Of a stretch of 64,000 bases of DNA, positions 36,864 through 45,997 are shown piece after piece. Below the pieces are notes generated by a model. The model ran no database searches and was not told the DNA's origin. It saw only the letters and a list, made by a program, of their open reading frames with translations. Source of the stretch: Pseudomonadota bacterium (GTDB lineage Bacteria > Myxococcota_A > UBA9042 > GCA-2863065); NCBI GenBank assembly GCA_005776585.1, contig SXOX01000044.1, positions 22,418 to 86,417 on the forward strand, given 5' to 3'. Made by a program: the position numbers and the translations under genes. The number at the start of each line of letters is the position of its first letter. The first letter of the stretch is position 1.

Positions 36864-38090
36864 TCAGTCACGACCCGGCCCCCGAACGACGCGCCCGGAC
36901 GCGACGACGGCGTGAATCCGCGCGCGCCCGAAGCGATAGGGCAGCTCGACCTCGGACGCAGCGTCGAGCACCACGAGATCGGCGGGGCCTCCGACGGCGA
37001 TGCGGCCCCGATCGGTGGCGCCGAGGGCCAGCGCGGCGCTGCGCGTTACACCGATGATGGCCTCCTCGGGCGTCATGCCGAGGCGCGCGCAGGCGAGCGT
37101 CGTCATGAGCGGCAGATCGTCGCAGGGGCACGTGCCCGGGTTCAGGTCCGTCGAGAGCGCGACGGGTACGCCTGCGTCCAGCAGCTTGCGGGCAGGCGGC
37201 ACCTCGGGCTGCCGCAGGAAGAGCGTGGCCCCCGGAAGCAACACCGCCGCGGTATGGCTTGAGGCGGCGAGGCAGGCGACGTCGTCGTCGGTCGCGTGCT
37301 CCAGATGATCGACGCTCGCCGCACCCAGCTCGACGCCGAGGCGAGTCGCGCCGGTGTGCGACCGTTGCTCCGCATGGAGCTTGGGTCGCAGACCATGGTC
37401 GAGGCCGACCTCCAGCACCCGGCGCGCTTCGGTGAGCGTGAAGGCCGACCGCTCGCAGAAGACGTCGTTGAACACGGCCAGCCCTTCGGCAGCCACGGCT
37501 GGGATGAGCTCGTCGCACAGGATCGCGAGGTACGTCGCTCGATCGACGCCCGCGGGCACCACGTGCGCTCCGAGCAGGGTGGGGACGACGTTCACGGCGT
37601 GGGCACGTTGCAAGCGACGCACCACGCGGAGCAGCCGCAGCTCGCTCTCGACGTCCAAGCCGTAGCCGCTCTTGATCTCGACAGTCGTCACGCCATGGTC
37701 GAGGAACGTGTCGAGGCGGCGCATGGCGTCGCGAAAAAGCGTGTCGTCAGAGGCCGCGCGCGTTTGAGTCACCGTCGACTGGATGCCGCCTCCGCACGCG
37801 GCGAGCTCTTCGTAGGTCGCCCCCGCACAGCGCGCGGCGTATTCGGCGGCGCGGTCACCACCAAAGACCAGGTGCGTGTGGGCATCGACGAGCCCGGGAA
37901 GCACGACGCCACCGCGCGCGTCGAGCCAGTCGGTCGGCTCAGCGGCGTCAGACATTGGCTGGGTGCCGTCCGGGCCAAGCCACAGGACGCGCGCGCCGTC
38001 ACACACGAGCGCCGCGCGCTCGAGTACGCCGAGGCCCGGCGGCTCGAGGGTGAGCAGGCGACCAATGCCCGTGATGAGGAGCCGTGACAT
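36864..38090 (-). CDS. hutI: Imidazolonepropionase
   Basis: MSRLLITGIGRLLTL..., then GLVDAHTHLVFGG (amidohydrolase HxH), KLHAEQ, DHLEH and STDLNPG motifs; 408 aa. The 5' 495 codons of the track ORF (to 39578) are a spurious extension antisense to the neighbouring lipoprotein gene. Confidence 0.9.
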   Translation of the reverse strand: MSRLLITGIGRLLTLEPPGLGVLERAALVCDGARVLWLGPDGTQPMSDAAEPTDWLDARGGVVLPGLVDAHTHLVFGGDRAAEYAARCAGATYEELAACGGGIQSTVTQTRAASDDTLFRDAMRRLDTFLDHGVTTVEIKSGYGLDVESELRLLRVVRRLQRAHAVNVVPTLLGAHVVPAGVDRATYLAILCDELIPAVAAEGLAVFNDVFCERSAFTLTEARRVLEVGLDHGLRPKLHAEQRSHTGATRLGVELGAASVDHLEHATDDDVACLAASSHTAAVLLPGATLFLRQPEVPPARKLLDAGVPVALSTDLNPGTCPCDDLPLMTTLACARLGMTPEEAIIGVTRSAALALGATDRGRIAVGGPADLVVLDAASEVELPYRFGRARIHAVVASGRVVRGPGRD

Positions 38091-38330
38091 GGCGTGAATC
38101 TGAGTCGCGGGGTCGCTCACGTCAACTTCCGGCCGGACTGGTTCGATCCGAACGAGGAGACGAGCCGTACGAGGACATCGCGCCGCGCTGGGAACGTTTG
38201 CCCTCGAGCGCGGGGCGACTTGACCCGTCCTGGCGAACGCGCTATTGGCGGGAAAACACGATGGGTCCGGCAGGATGCGCGCGCAAGGCGCCTGCGTCAC
38301 GATGGGCCACGCGGTGGGAGGCACGACGCG

Positions 38331-39527
38331 ATGAGGATTCGAGTTGGACGGCGATGGGGCGCGACGCTCGCAGCGGCGCTCATGCTCCCTGTGGCGACGT
38401 TGAGCGGTGCGGCCTGTAAGGGCAGCGACGACGCGGTCGGCGGTGGTACGACGGGGACCACCGACGCGGCGGCGACGACCGCGGGCGACGGAGGCACGAC
38501 CGGCGTCGATGCAGGCACCACCGGTCCGGCCGATCTCGGGACCACCGGGACGGATCCGGGCAGCACGGGAACCGATCCGGGCGGCACTGGCGCGGATCCC
38601 GGCGGAACGACCGGCGTCGACGTGGCTGACACGTCTGACACCCCCGAGGTCACGGCGCCGCCCAAAGGCAGCGGCAAGGTGACGACGGCGACGGCGACCG
38701 GGAAGAACTTCTCTGCGCTCGACGCCGCGCTCTCGCCGGACGGCAAGTCGCTGTACTTCACGGCGACCATGGCCGATGGGCTCGGGACCGCGCTGTACCT
38801 GGTGGACATGGCCGAACCCAACGTCACGGTCCCACTCGCCAAGGGCTTCGTGCACGCCACGGGGATCGCCGTCTCGGCCAACGGCAAGTCGGTCTATGTG
38901 GCGGACCTCGGTGCCGAGGAAGTCACGACGGGCAAGCTCGGCGTCATCTATGACGTCACCGCCATCGGCGGCGCGTCCAAGGCCATCGACGCGACGTGGG
39001 GCTATCAGCCGCGAGCGCTCGACATTGGCAAGACGATCATGTTTGCCGGGACCGACCCGGCGGACGGCAAGGCTGGCATCTTCGAGATCGATGGACCCAC
39101 CGTGAGCCTCACGGTCAAAGACGACCTGCTGCGTGAACCCAGTGGCCTTGCCGCTGCAGCAAACAACACGCTGTACGTCGCCGACTCGGTCGGAGGGCCG
39201 GGCCGCCGCGGAGCGCTCTACGTCCTCGAGAAGGGCAAGGCCGCCACTTCGCTGAAGACGACGGGGGCTGCCTTCTGGCTCGGCCATCCGGCGGGCGTGG
39301 CGCTCAGCCAGGACGAGGCGTTTCTGTTGGTCTCCGGACGGGATCCGGCGAGCGGCGCGCTCGGCATCTATCGGATCGCGCTGGCGTCTGGGACGACCGA
39401 GGTCTTCAAGGACGGGCTTGGGACCGGCACGGAGCCCGGTGGCCTGCATCGCGCGCTCGACGGTGACATGTACGCCTTCGTGAGCGCGGGAGACGCCGCC
39501 ACAGGAAGCGTGTTCCTTGTAAAATAG
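38331..39527 (+). CDS. Lipoprotein with a Gly/Thr-rich linker and a beta-propeller-like (NHL/YVTN-type) C-terminal domain
   Basis: ATG at 38331. Lipobox MRIRVGRRWGATLAAALMLPVATLSGAAC. A (TTG.D.G) low-complexity linker is followed by repeated ...LYVAD... / ...VYVADLG... strand motifs typical of 6-bladed propellers. Confidence 0.65.
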   Translation: MRIRVGRRWGATLAAALMLPVATLSGAACKGSDDAVGGGTTGTTDAAATTAGDGGTTGVDAGTTGPADLGTTGTDPGSTGTDPGGTGADPGGTTGVDVADTSDTPEVTAPPKGSGKVTTATATGKNFSALDAALSPDGKSLYFTATMADGLGTALYLVDMAEPNVTVPLAKGFVHATGIAVSANGKSVYVADLGAEEVTTGKLGVIYDVTAIGGASKAIDATWGYQPRALDIGKTIMFAGTDPADGKAGIFEIDGPTVSLTVKDDLLREPSGLAAAANNTLYVADSVGGPGRRGALYVLEKGKAATSLKTTGAAFWLGHPAGVALSQDEAFLLVSGRDPASGALGIYRIALASGTTEVFKDGLGTGTEPGGLHRALDGDMYAFVSAGDAATGSVFLVK

Positions 39528-39602
39528 TCGCTGAAATAGCGGCTTGAACCACCAATCACGAATCAAGACACGATGCACTCAGTCGAACCAGGAGCAGCAA
39601 CC

Positions 39603-41021
39603 ATGAAGCAACACTCACTCATCGCCGGGCTGGCCCTCGCAGGGCTCTCGCTCACGTTCGCTCCCGTCGCGCTGGCCTCGAGCCACCGGGAGGCGCCAGC
39701 CATCTCCAACGATCCCGCGGCCGACAACACGGACCTGTACGCATGGGTCAAGTCCGGCACGCACGACAAGCTCTACATCATCGCGAACTACATCCCAATG
39801 GAGGAGCCGGCCGGCGGGCCCAACTTCCACTACTTCTCCGATGAGGTCCTCTACGAAATCCACATCGCGCGCGGCGCGGACAGCCTGGCGGACGTGGTGA
39901 CCTACCAGATCCGGTTCAAGCGCGGGGACGTGAAGACGGTCCCCGTCGGCGGCTCCAAGGCCACTCCGGAAGAGAACGCCATCGGCAGCGGCAAGGAGTT
40001 CTTCGTCCAGCTCGCGGGCTCCATGAGCCAGACCTACTCCATCCGCAAGATTACGGCCACGGGCTCCGAAGACATCGTCAAGGACGCCAAGGTCGTGCCC
40101 CCGCGCATTGGCCCAACGACGCAGGCGATCCTGTACGACAAGAAGCCCTACGACGACGCGTTCGCCGCGACCTTCATCACGGACATGAAGGGCGGAGCCG
40201 AGGGTCGCGTCTTCTGCGGTCCACGCGATGACGGCTTCTACGTGGATCTCGGCGGCGCCTTCGACCTCGCCAACCTGCGACCGAAGGGCAAGGCCCAGGA
40301 CGGCGTCGCGGGCTACAACACACACAGCATCGCGCTCGAGATTCCGACCACGCTGCTCACGGTCGACGGCAAGTCGCCCGGCGAGGTCCCCGGCAACGCC
40401 ACCACGCTCGGCATCTGGGCCTCCGCCAGCCGCCAGAAGGTCACGATTCGCCGCTTCAACGGCAAGACGACCAACTACGGCCCGTGGGTCCAGGTGTCCC
40501 GCCTGGGTCTGCCGCTGGTCAACGAGGCGCTCATCGGCCTCCAGGACAAGGACAAGTGGAACGCAACCACGCCGGCGACGGACGTGGCCTACTTTGGCGC
40601 GTACTTCCTCAACCCGGTCATCGTGCGCGACGCCGAGGCCGTCGGCATCTACAAGGCGCTCGGAGTCGACCCGACGGAGTTCAAGTTCGACCGCCTCGAC
40701 ATCGTGGACATCATCAACCTCACCAATATCCCCGCGGCTGGTGCGCACAGCATCCCGCTGACCGCGACGGGCGACGTGCTGCGCGTGGACATGGCGGCGG
40801 ACTCGGGCTTCCCGAACGGTCGCGCGATTCCGGGTGGCGCCAAGGCCAACCAGGAGCAGGCCGACGTGACGAACGTCATCCTGTCGCTCGTGCTGGCCAA
40901 GCTGAAGCTCGAGGTCTCGGATGGCGTCGACTACAACGACAAGGACTTCCTCGCCCAGTTCCCGTTCCTCGCGCTGCCCTGGGAGGGCTACGGCGAGGGA
41001 CACGGCAAGCCCACGCCATAA
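39603..41021 (+). CDS. DUF4331 family secreted protein
   Basis: AGGAG 9 nt upstream of the ATG at 39603. Signal peptide ends ...APVALA|SSHREAPAISNDP, and mature SSHREAP is the hallmark N-terminus of DUF4331. Confidence 0.8.
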   Translation: MKQHSLIAGLALAGLSLTFAPVALASSHREAPAISNDPAADNTDLYAWVKSGTHDKLYIIANYIPMEEPAGGPNFHYFSDEVLYEIHIARGADSLADVVTYQIRFKRGDVKTVPVGGSKATPEENAIGSGKEFFVQLAGSMSQTYSIRKITATGSEDIVKDAKVVPPRIGPTTQAILYDKKPYDDAFAATFITDMKGGAEGRVFCGPRDDGFYVDLGGAFDLANLRPKGKAQDGVAGYNTHSIALEIPTTLLTVDGKSPGEVPGNATTLGIWASASRQKVTIRRFNGKTTNYGPWVQVSRLGLPLVNEALIGLQDKDKWNATTPATDVAYFGAYFLNPVIVRDAEAVGIYKALGVDPTEFKFDRLDIVDIINLTNIPAAGAHSIPLTATGDVLRVDMAADSGFPNGRAIPGGAKANQEQADVTNVILSLVLAKLKLEVSDGVDYNDKDFLAQFPFLALPWEGYGEGHGKPTP

Positions 41022-41025
41022 CGAC

Positions 41026-42360
41026 GTGCGCGGCTTGAGCGGGTGCAGCGCGGTCCTCCTTCTGGTGGGCTGCGCTCAGCCCGAGCCCGTGGCGCGCCCT
41101 GCCCCGCCGAGCGAGGCCGCCGTGGCGCCGGAACCGGTGGCCGCGCTCAGCCCGTCTCGACCCACCGAACACCGCGCGTTGGCGCTGCAAGAGCCTGAAG
41201 GCAATACCGCGGTCGACCGCACCATCGCTGAGCTTCAGCGTGCGGCAACGGCCAATCCGACCAAGCACGACACCTGGGTCCTCTTGGGCCGCGCGTGGGT
41301 CGAGAAGGCGCGCCTGTCTGGCGACCCGGGGCACTACCACAGCGCCAACGCCGCGGCGGAGCTCGCGCTCGCGCTGGAACCTCAGAGTGCCTTGGCGCTG
41401 GGCCTGCGGGGACTCGTGCTTCTGAACGACCATCGCTTTCGGGATGCGCTCGCGCTCGCCGAGGGCATTCTGGCGCGCGCTCCTGGCGACCTCGTCGCGC
41501 TGGGCGTGCGGTCGGACGCGGCGCTGGAGCTCGGGCGCATGGACGAGGCGCTCACAGCAGCGCAGCGCATGCTGGACGAGAAGCCGAGCTTGCCGTCGTA
41601 CGCACGCGCGGCGCACCTCCGATGGCTGCTCGGAGATCCCGTGGCCGCCAAGTCGTTGTACCGATTGGCCTTCGACGCGGGACGCGGCCAGAAGGACCCG
41701 GAGCCGACGGCGTGGGTCCTCGTCCAAGCCGCGGATCTCTTCTGGAACCTCGGGGATGTCGAGGGCGCCGTCGCCGGCTACGAGCTGGCGCTGAAGCAGC
41801 TCCCTGAGTACGCGCCAGCCTTGGTGGGCCATGGGCGCGCGACCTTGGCGACCGCGCCGCATTCGGCCGCACGCGCGCTCGCGACCGCGATGGAGAAGAG
41901 CCCGTCCGTAGAGACGGCCTGGCTGCTGAGCGATGCACGTGAAGCCGCCGGGGACCTCACCGGCGCGCAAGCGGCCGCTGTAGAGTGCGTCCGGCTGGGT
42001 CGCCGCCTCGATGGCCGCACGTTGGCGCGGTTCTTCGCGGCCAAGAAGCGGGACCTTGGCGAGGCCGTGCAGCTCGTCGATCGAGAGCTGGCCGACCGAC
42101 CTGGGGGGCAGACGCTCGCCGTGGCGGCCGCCGTCTATTGGCGCGTGGGGCGTGTGGCCGAGGCGCTCGGCTTCAGCGAACAGGCTCGACGCACCGGCGT
42201 GCGGGAGGCCAGCCTGTTATTTCACGCGGGAATGATCCGGCTGGCGCTGGGGGACGCCGTTTCAGGCCGTGCGCTCGTGGCCGAGGCGCTGGCGCTCAAT
42301 CCGCAGTTCGACCGAAGCGAGTCCGCGGAGGCGCGAGCGCTTCTCGGCGCGACGCCGTAG
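41026..42360 (+). CDS. Tetratricopeptide-repeat lipoprotein
   Basis: Probable GTG start 4 bp after the DUF4331 stop, giving (M)RGLSGCSAVLLLVGC with a lipobox. Multiple TPR-like helical pairs follow (WVLLGRAWVEKARL..., ALGLRGLVLLNDHRFRDA...). An alternative ATG at 40921 would overlap DUF4331 by 100 bp. Confidence 0.65.
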   Translation: MRGLSGCSAVLLLVGCAQPEPVARPAPPSEAAVAPEPVAALSPSRPTEHRALALQEPEGNTAVDRTIAELQRAATANPTKHDTWVLLGRAWVEKARLSGDPGHYHSANAAAELALALEPQSALALGLRGLVLLNDHRFRDALALAEGILARAPGDLVALGVRSDAALELGRMDEALTAAQRMLDEKPSLPSYARAAHLRWLLGDPVAAKSLYRLAFDAGRGQKDPEPTAWVLVQAADLFWNLGDVEGAVAGYELALKQLPEYAPALVGHGRATLATAPHSAARALATAMEKSPSVETAWLLSDAREAAGDLTGAQAAAVECVRLGRRLDGRTLARFFAAKKRDLGEAVQLVDRELADRPGGQTLAVAAAVYWRVGRVAEALGFSEQARRTGVREASLLFHAGMIRLALGDAVSGRALVAEALALNPQFDRSESAEARALLGATP

Positions 42361-42364
42361 CAGA

Positions 42365-43411
42365 TCACTGCGGCGAAACGAGCTTCCGCGGCGCACTACG
42401 AAGCTCAACGGTGCCGGCACCACAGCTGACGACGCAGCTTCCCCGCGCGGCGTCACAGCGACCGAGACACTCGACATCGCTCGTGCACGCCTCACCGGCA
42501 CGGCGAGGCACGATGCAGCGATGACCAATGCAGAGCTGGCCTGCGATGCAGCCGCCGTCCGCACACGGCCCGTCCAACGCCGCGTTGGCTCCCGCCACGC
42601 AGCGAACGCCGTCGCAGTGGCTGTCGGGCGCGCACGCGACATTCGACACGCAGGGCTGGCCCAGGGTCGAGGCCGAACGACAGCGATGCTGAAGGCAGAA
42701 GCCCGCGCACTCGGGGTGCCGCCGATCGACCGAGCGTTGGCGCAGGAACACGGCGAGGGTGTCGACGGCGGCGCCGCAGATGAGGCCGTCCGCGAGCGGC
42801 GTGCCGCAGGTGCCGGGCTCGGTCGGACCGACGCCATGGCAACGCAGACCGGTCGCACATTCGAGGGACGACCGGCACAGGGCACCCACCGCGCGCTGGC
42901 CACGCGTGACCTCGCCGCACTCGACTGGCGGCGGCGGCGGGGTCGTCCCCACCCAATCGCAGCCGTCGTGTTGTCGCTCGATGGCGGACGTGCAGCGCCG
43001 CGCGGCGTCCGCGTCGATGGCCAGCGCACCGCTGACCAATGCCGCCGTGAGCTGGCGTGTGCACTCACCCGCGAGGCTCGAGGCGGAACGCGGCTGCTTG
43101 CAGCACGCGGCGCGGCGGGTGTCGGGCACGTCATGGAGCGCGTGGCAGAGGGCCGCAGCGCCGGGATCCGCCGTCTGACCCGTCTCCGGGTAGACTGCGG
43201 CAACCTCCGCTTCGGGAGCCGAGGCTCCGGAAGCAACGGGGGCGAGCGCAGCCGAGGGCGGAGGGGACGGAGAGAGCGGAGGGGCAGATGGCGAGGGCGG
43301 TGGAGCGGGAGCGGCGGGTTCCGGGGCGGGCCGTGCCTCTTTGCGACAGCCGACCATGGCCCCGCAGGCGGTGAGGGCAACGAGCGTGAGGCGAGACGGA
43401 GGCGATTTCAT
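42365..43411 (-). CDS. Lipoprotein with a Pro-rich linker and a Cys-rich C-terminal domain
   Basis: ATG at 43411. MKSPPSRLTLVALTACGAMVGC has a lipobox. APAPPPSPSAPPLSPSPPPS linker. About 30 Cys in the C-terminal half. The start region is embedded in conserved motif A (see findings). Confidence 0.6.
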   Translation of the reverse strand: MKSPPSRLTLVALTACGAMVGCRKEARPAPEPAAPAPPPSPSAPPLSPSPPPSAALAPVASGASAPEAEVAAVYPETGQTADPGAAALCHALHDVPDTRRAACCKQPRSASSLAGECTRQLTAALVSGALAIDADAARRCTSAIERQHDGCDWVGTTPPPPPVECGEVTRGQRAVGALCRSSLECATGLRCHGVGPTEPGTCGTPLADGLICGAAVDTLAVFLRQRSVDRRHPECAGFCLQHRCRSASTLGQPCVSNVACAPDSHCDGVRCVAGANAALDGPCADGGCIAGQLCIGHRCIVPRRAGEACTSDVECLGRCDAARGSCVVSCGAGTVELRSAPRKLVSPQ

Positions 43412-43463
43412 TGCGACAACCTTGGACTGGAACCCCGTGCGCCGCAAGACGCGCACGGGCCGG
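43389..43463 (-). promoter_or_regulatory. Conserved leader motif copy A: 9-bp GC stem (CCCGTGCGC/GCGCACGGG, 8-nt loop) 23 nt upstream of the ATG, plus the first codons (MKSPP)
   Basis: ~74 bp is ~80% identical to 44853-44927, with the same hairpin-to-ATG spacing. The hairpin lies at 43434-43459. Confidence 0.5.
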
Positions 43464-43550
43464 CACGTCTGCGATCGGGAGCCGACGGTCACGACCCTTC
43501 GACACAGCGTCTTCCCGGTCGAGAAGCTGAAGGAGCCGTCCGCCTGATCG

Positions 43551-44636
43551 TCACCCGACTGGGTTCGCGAACGCAATCCTGCCTCGGCCGGCGCGCTTGG
43601 CGGCGTACAAGGCAGCGTCGGCGGCTTTGAGGAGGGTCTCGCGGGTCTTTCCGTCCTTGGGGTAGGTCGCGACGCCGAACGACACCCCGAGGCCATCGCA
43701 CCTCGGTCGGACGGCCTCGAGCATGACCTTCGCGGCCTCGAAGATACCGGCGGCGCGATTCCCGATGGCCTGGCCGGCGTCGAGGAGGACCAACGTGAAC
43801 TCATCGCCCCCGTAACGGCACGCGACGTCGCTGAGCCGCACGTGCTCCCGCAGCAGAGCCCCCACGTCTCGCAGCAGCGAGTCCCCTGCGAGGTGACCGC
43901 GGCTGTCGTTGAATGACTTGAAACCATCGAGATCGAGCATGATCACCCCGATTGTTGACCCGTGGCGCTCGGCGCGCGCGAGCTCGCGTTCGAGCGTCTC
44001 TTCGAGGTACCTACGGTTGAACAGCCCCGTGAGCCCATCGCGTACGGTCTGCTCGCGCAGCGTCGCCGCGTAGTCCTCGAGCCGCAGCGTCTGCAGACGG
44101 ATCTGCTCCCGGTCGGCGAGCGTCAGCTGGTTGACGGCGACACACAGCATGGACACGAACACCACGAGCGAGAGCAGGCTCGCCCAGTTCTCGGAGTTCG
44201 ACTCCGGACGCGTGCCGAACGCCACGAGCAGCGCCACGAACTGCGTCGTTCCGACGAACGCCGTGCCCGCCGTCGACAACAGGATGCTGCTGAGCATGAT
44301 CGGCATGACCACGAAGCACAGCGGGAGCAGGTCGCCGCTGAGGATGGTCGAATCGATGAGCGCGGAACCCCAAGGCCCTGCGTACGCGACCGCGACTGTC
44401 AACCACCCCGCAGCCTGGTACCGCCCGGCCCGATTGATCAGGAACGCGACCACCAGAACGGCCAGCAGGCCGGTCACCATGGCCGCGTAGCTCCAACGCC
44501 GGTCGAACGTCAGCGAGTCGACCACGAGTGCGACGGAGGTGGCTCCGACCAGTACACAGAGCACCCCGAGGACGCGAGACAGCATGGCAAAGCGCCGACT
44601 TTCGGGGCCGATGTTCACCGGGCGGCTCGGTAGCAT
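43551..44636 (-). CDS. Membrane-bound diguanylate cyclase (5-6 TM N-terminal domain + GGDEF)
   Basis: TM region MLSRVLGVLCVLVGATSVALVV... through ...LVVFVSMLCVAVNQL, then the GGDEF domain with RYGGDEFTLVLL. Start uncertain: ATG at 44636 or 44585. An AT-richer stretch at 44700-44760 is a likely promoter. The track extension to 44813 was rejected. Confidence 0.85.
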   Translation of the reverse strand: MLPSRPVNIGPESRRFAMLSRVLGVLCVLVGATSVALVVDSLTFDRRWSYAAMVTGLLAVLVVAFLINRAGRYQAAGWLTVAVAYAGPWGSALIDSTILSGDLLPLCFVVMPIMLSSILLSTAGTAFVGTTQFVALLVAFGTRPESNSENWASLLSLVVFVSMLCVAVNQLTLADREQIRLQTLRLEDYAATLREQTVRDGLTGLFNRRYLEETLERELARAERHGSTIGVIMLDLDGFKSFNDSRGHLAGDSLLRDVGALLREHVRLSDVACRYGGDEFTLVLLDAGQAIGNRAAGIFEAAKVMLEAVRPRCDGLGVSFGVATYPKDGKTRETLLKAADAALYAAKRAGRGRIAFANPVG

Positions 44637-44852
44637 GACGATGGCGCCGGGCGCGACCCCTCCACGAAAGCGAGCGCATGGGTCGTTGCTCGGAGCCGCC
44701 AATCGGCAATTGAACGACCAGTCGGTAGTGTATCTCATTCTACGAACCTGCGCTTGATGGGGCGCGACGCGCGGTCGTCGAGCACAGAGACGGCACGAGC
44801 ACGCAGACGGCATCGGAGGCGTGCTATATCTGAGTCCGCAATGCTTGGCGCC

Positions 44853-44927
44853 CTGCGAACGGGGGCGAGTTCATTGCGACGCCCCCGGGCCGAAACCCCG
44901 TGCACGGCAAGATGCGCACGGGCCGAC
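44853..44927 (-). promoter_or_regulatory. Conserved leader motif copy B: same hairpin (one G.U wobble on the minus-strand RNA) 23 nt upstream of an ATG that opens a vestigial 16-codon ORF (MNSPPFAGRQALRTQI*)
   Basis: Hairpin at 44897-44922. It lies ~230 nt upstream of the GGDEF gene on the minus strand. On the plus strand it overlaps the start codon (ATG 44912) of the TPR gene. Confidence 0.5.
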
Positions 44928-45997
44928 TGCATGCTATAGCCGCGCTCATGCGAAGCGCGACCCTACTCACCGCAGTCACGCTCACCGCGACCGGATGCAG
45001 TCCGGGCGCCAACGAGCTGTTTCGCTCTGGCGTCGAGGCCCAGCTGGCAGGCAAGGACGGCGTCGCCCGAGCCGCCTACAAGCGCGCGCTGCGGCGCACG
45101 ACCCGGATCCCAGGCATCGAGAACAACCTGGCGCTCTTGGACATGAAGCGGGCCGCGTGGGCCGAAGCCGACGCGCTGCTCCTGCGCGAGCTGGACCGGA
45201 ACCCCGACCTCGCGGACGCTGCCGCCAATCGGGTGCTGCTCCAGCTGTTGGAGGGCGATCCCAACGACGCTCGTGCGTTGGCCGCCAAGGCCACCGCGGC
45301 GTTTCCGAAGCGCGCGCTCGTGCACTTCGCTGCCGGTCTGGCGTGGCGCGGGGGCGACGACACGAAGGCGGCGGCGTCGTTCGCGGAGGCCATCGCGCAC
45401 GGCAAGCGGACCATGAAGGCGCGCGCCGCGTTTCAGCTCGGGCTCCTCGAAGCCGGCCGTGGCAAGCACGACGCCGCAGCGCAGGCCTTCACCACGGTGA
45501 CGAAGCATCGCCGCGACGCCATCGCGTTCTACAACCTCGCCCTGGTCCAGACCCGCGCTGGAAAGCTCGACGACGCGCTCGCGGCGCTCAAGTCGGGCAG
45601 CGCGCTGGACCCGGAGGCCGCGCTCATCCCAGCGCTCGAGGCGCACGTCCAGGCTCGCTCGGGTCAGGTCGACGCCGCGTTCGACGCCATCAAGCGCGCC
45701 AAGAAGCTCGACCCGACCCTCCTCGGTCTCGACGCCCTGCGTGGCGAGCTGCTCGTGCAGCGACGCGCACCTCGGGAGGCCGTGGACGCGTTTCGCGCCG
45801 AGGCCACGCACACCATCGAGGGCAAGAACCCGTTCGCCAAGGACTCCTGGTTTGCGCTGGGGCTCCTGGCCGTCGAGCTGTCGGACTACGCCGAGGCCCG
45901 CAAGGCCTTCACTGCCGCTGCCGAGCTCGATCCCAAGGACACCGAGGCCGTGCGCAATCGGGACGTGCTCGCCAAGATGACCGAGGGCGCGCTGTGA
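44912..45997 (+). CDS. TPR-repeat (lipo)protein
   Basis: MRTGRLHAIAALMRSATLLTAVTLTATGC is signal plus lipobox. Multiple TPR-like motifs follow (AAYKRALRR..., ALVHFAAGLAWRGGD..., AFYNLALVQTRAGKLDDALAALK...). Alternative starts are GTG at 44900 and ATG at 44948. Confidence 0.7.
   Translation: MRTGRLHAIAALMRSATLLTAVTLTATGCSPGANELFRSGVEAQLAGKDGVARAAYKRALRRTTRIPGIENNLALLDMKRAAWAEADALLLRELDRNPDLADAAANRVLLQLLEGDPNDARALAAKATAAFPKRALVHFAAGLAWRGGDDTKAAASFAEAIAHGKRTMKARAAFQLGLLEAGRGKHDAAAQAFTTVTKHRRDAIAFYNLALVQTRAGKLDDALAALKSGSALDPEAALIPALEAHVQARSGQVDAAFDAIKRAKKLDPTLLGLDALRGELLVQRRAPREAVDAFRAEATHTIEGKNPFAKDSWFALGLLAVELSDYAEARKAFTAAAELDPKDTEAVRNRDVLAKMTEGAL

Noticed and set aside
38091-39578. 5' 495 codons of the 904-aa minus ORF upstream of hutI
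   Set aside because: HutI homology starts at MSRLLITG (38090). The upstream part is Arg/Gly/Pro-rich and antisense to the beta-propeller lipoprotein.
44821-45993. N-terminal ~390-codon extension of the molybdopterin oxidoreductase ORF
   Set aside because: It overlaps the well-supported TPR gene in another frame. The Cys-cluster N-terminus typical of this enzyme family begins right after a GTG that overlaps the TPR stop.
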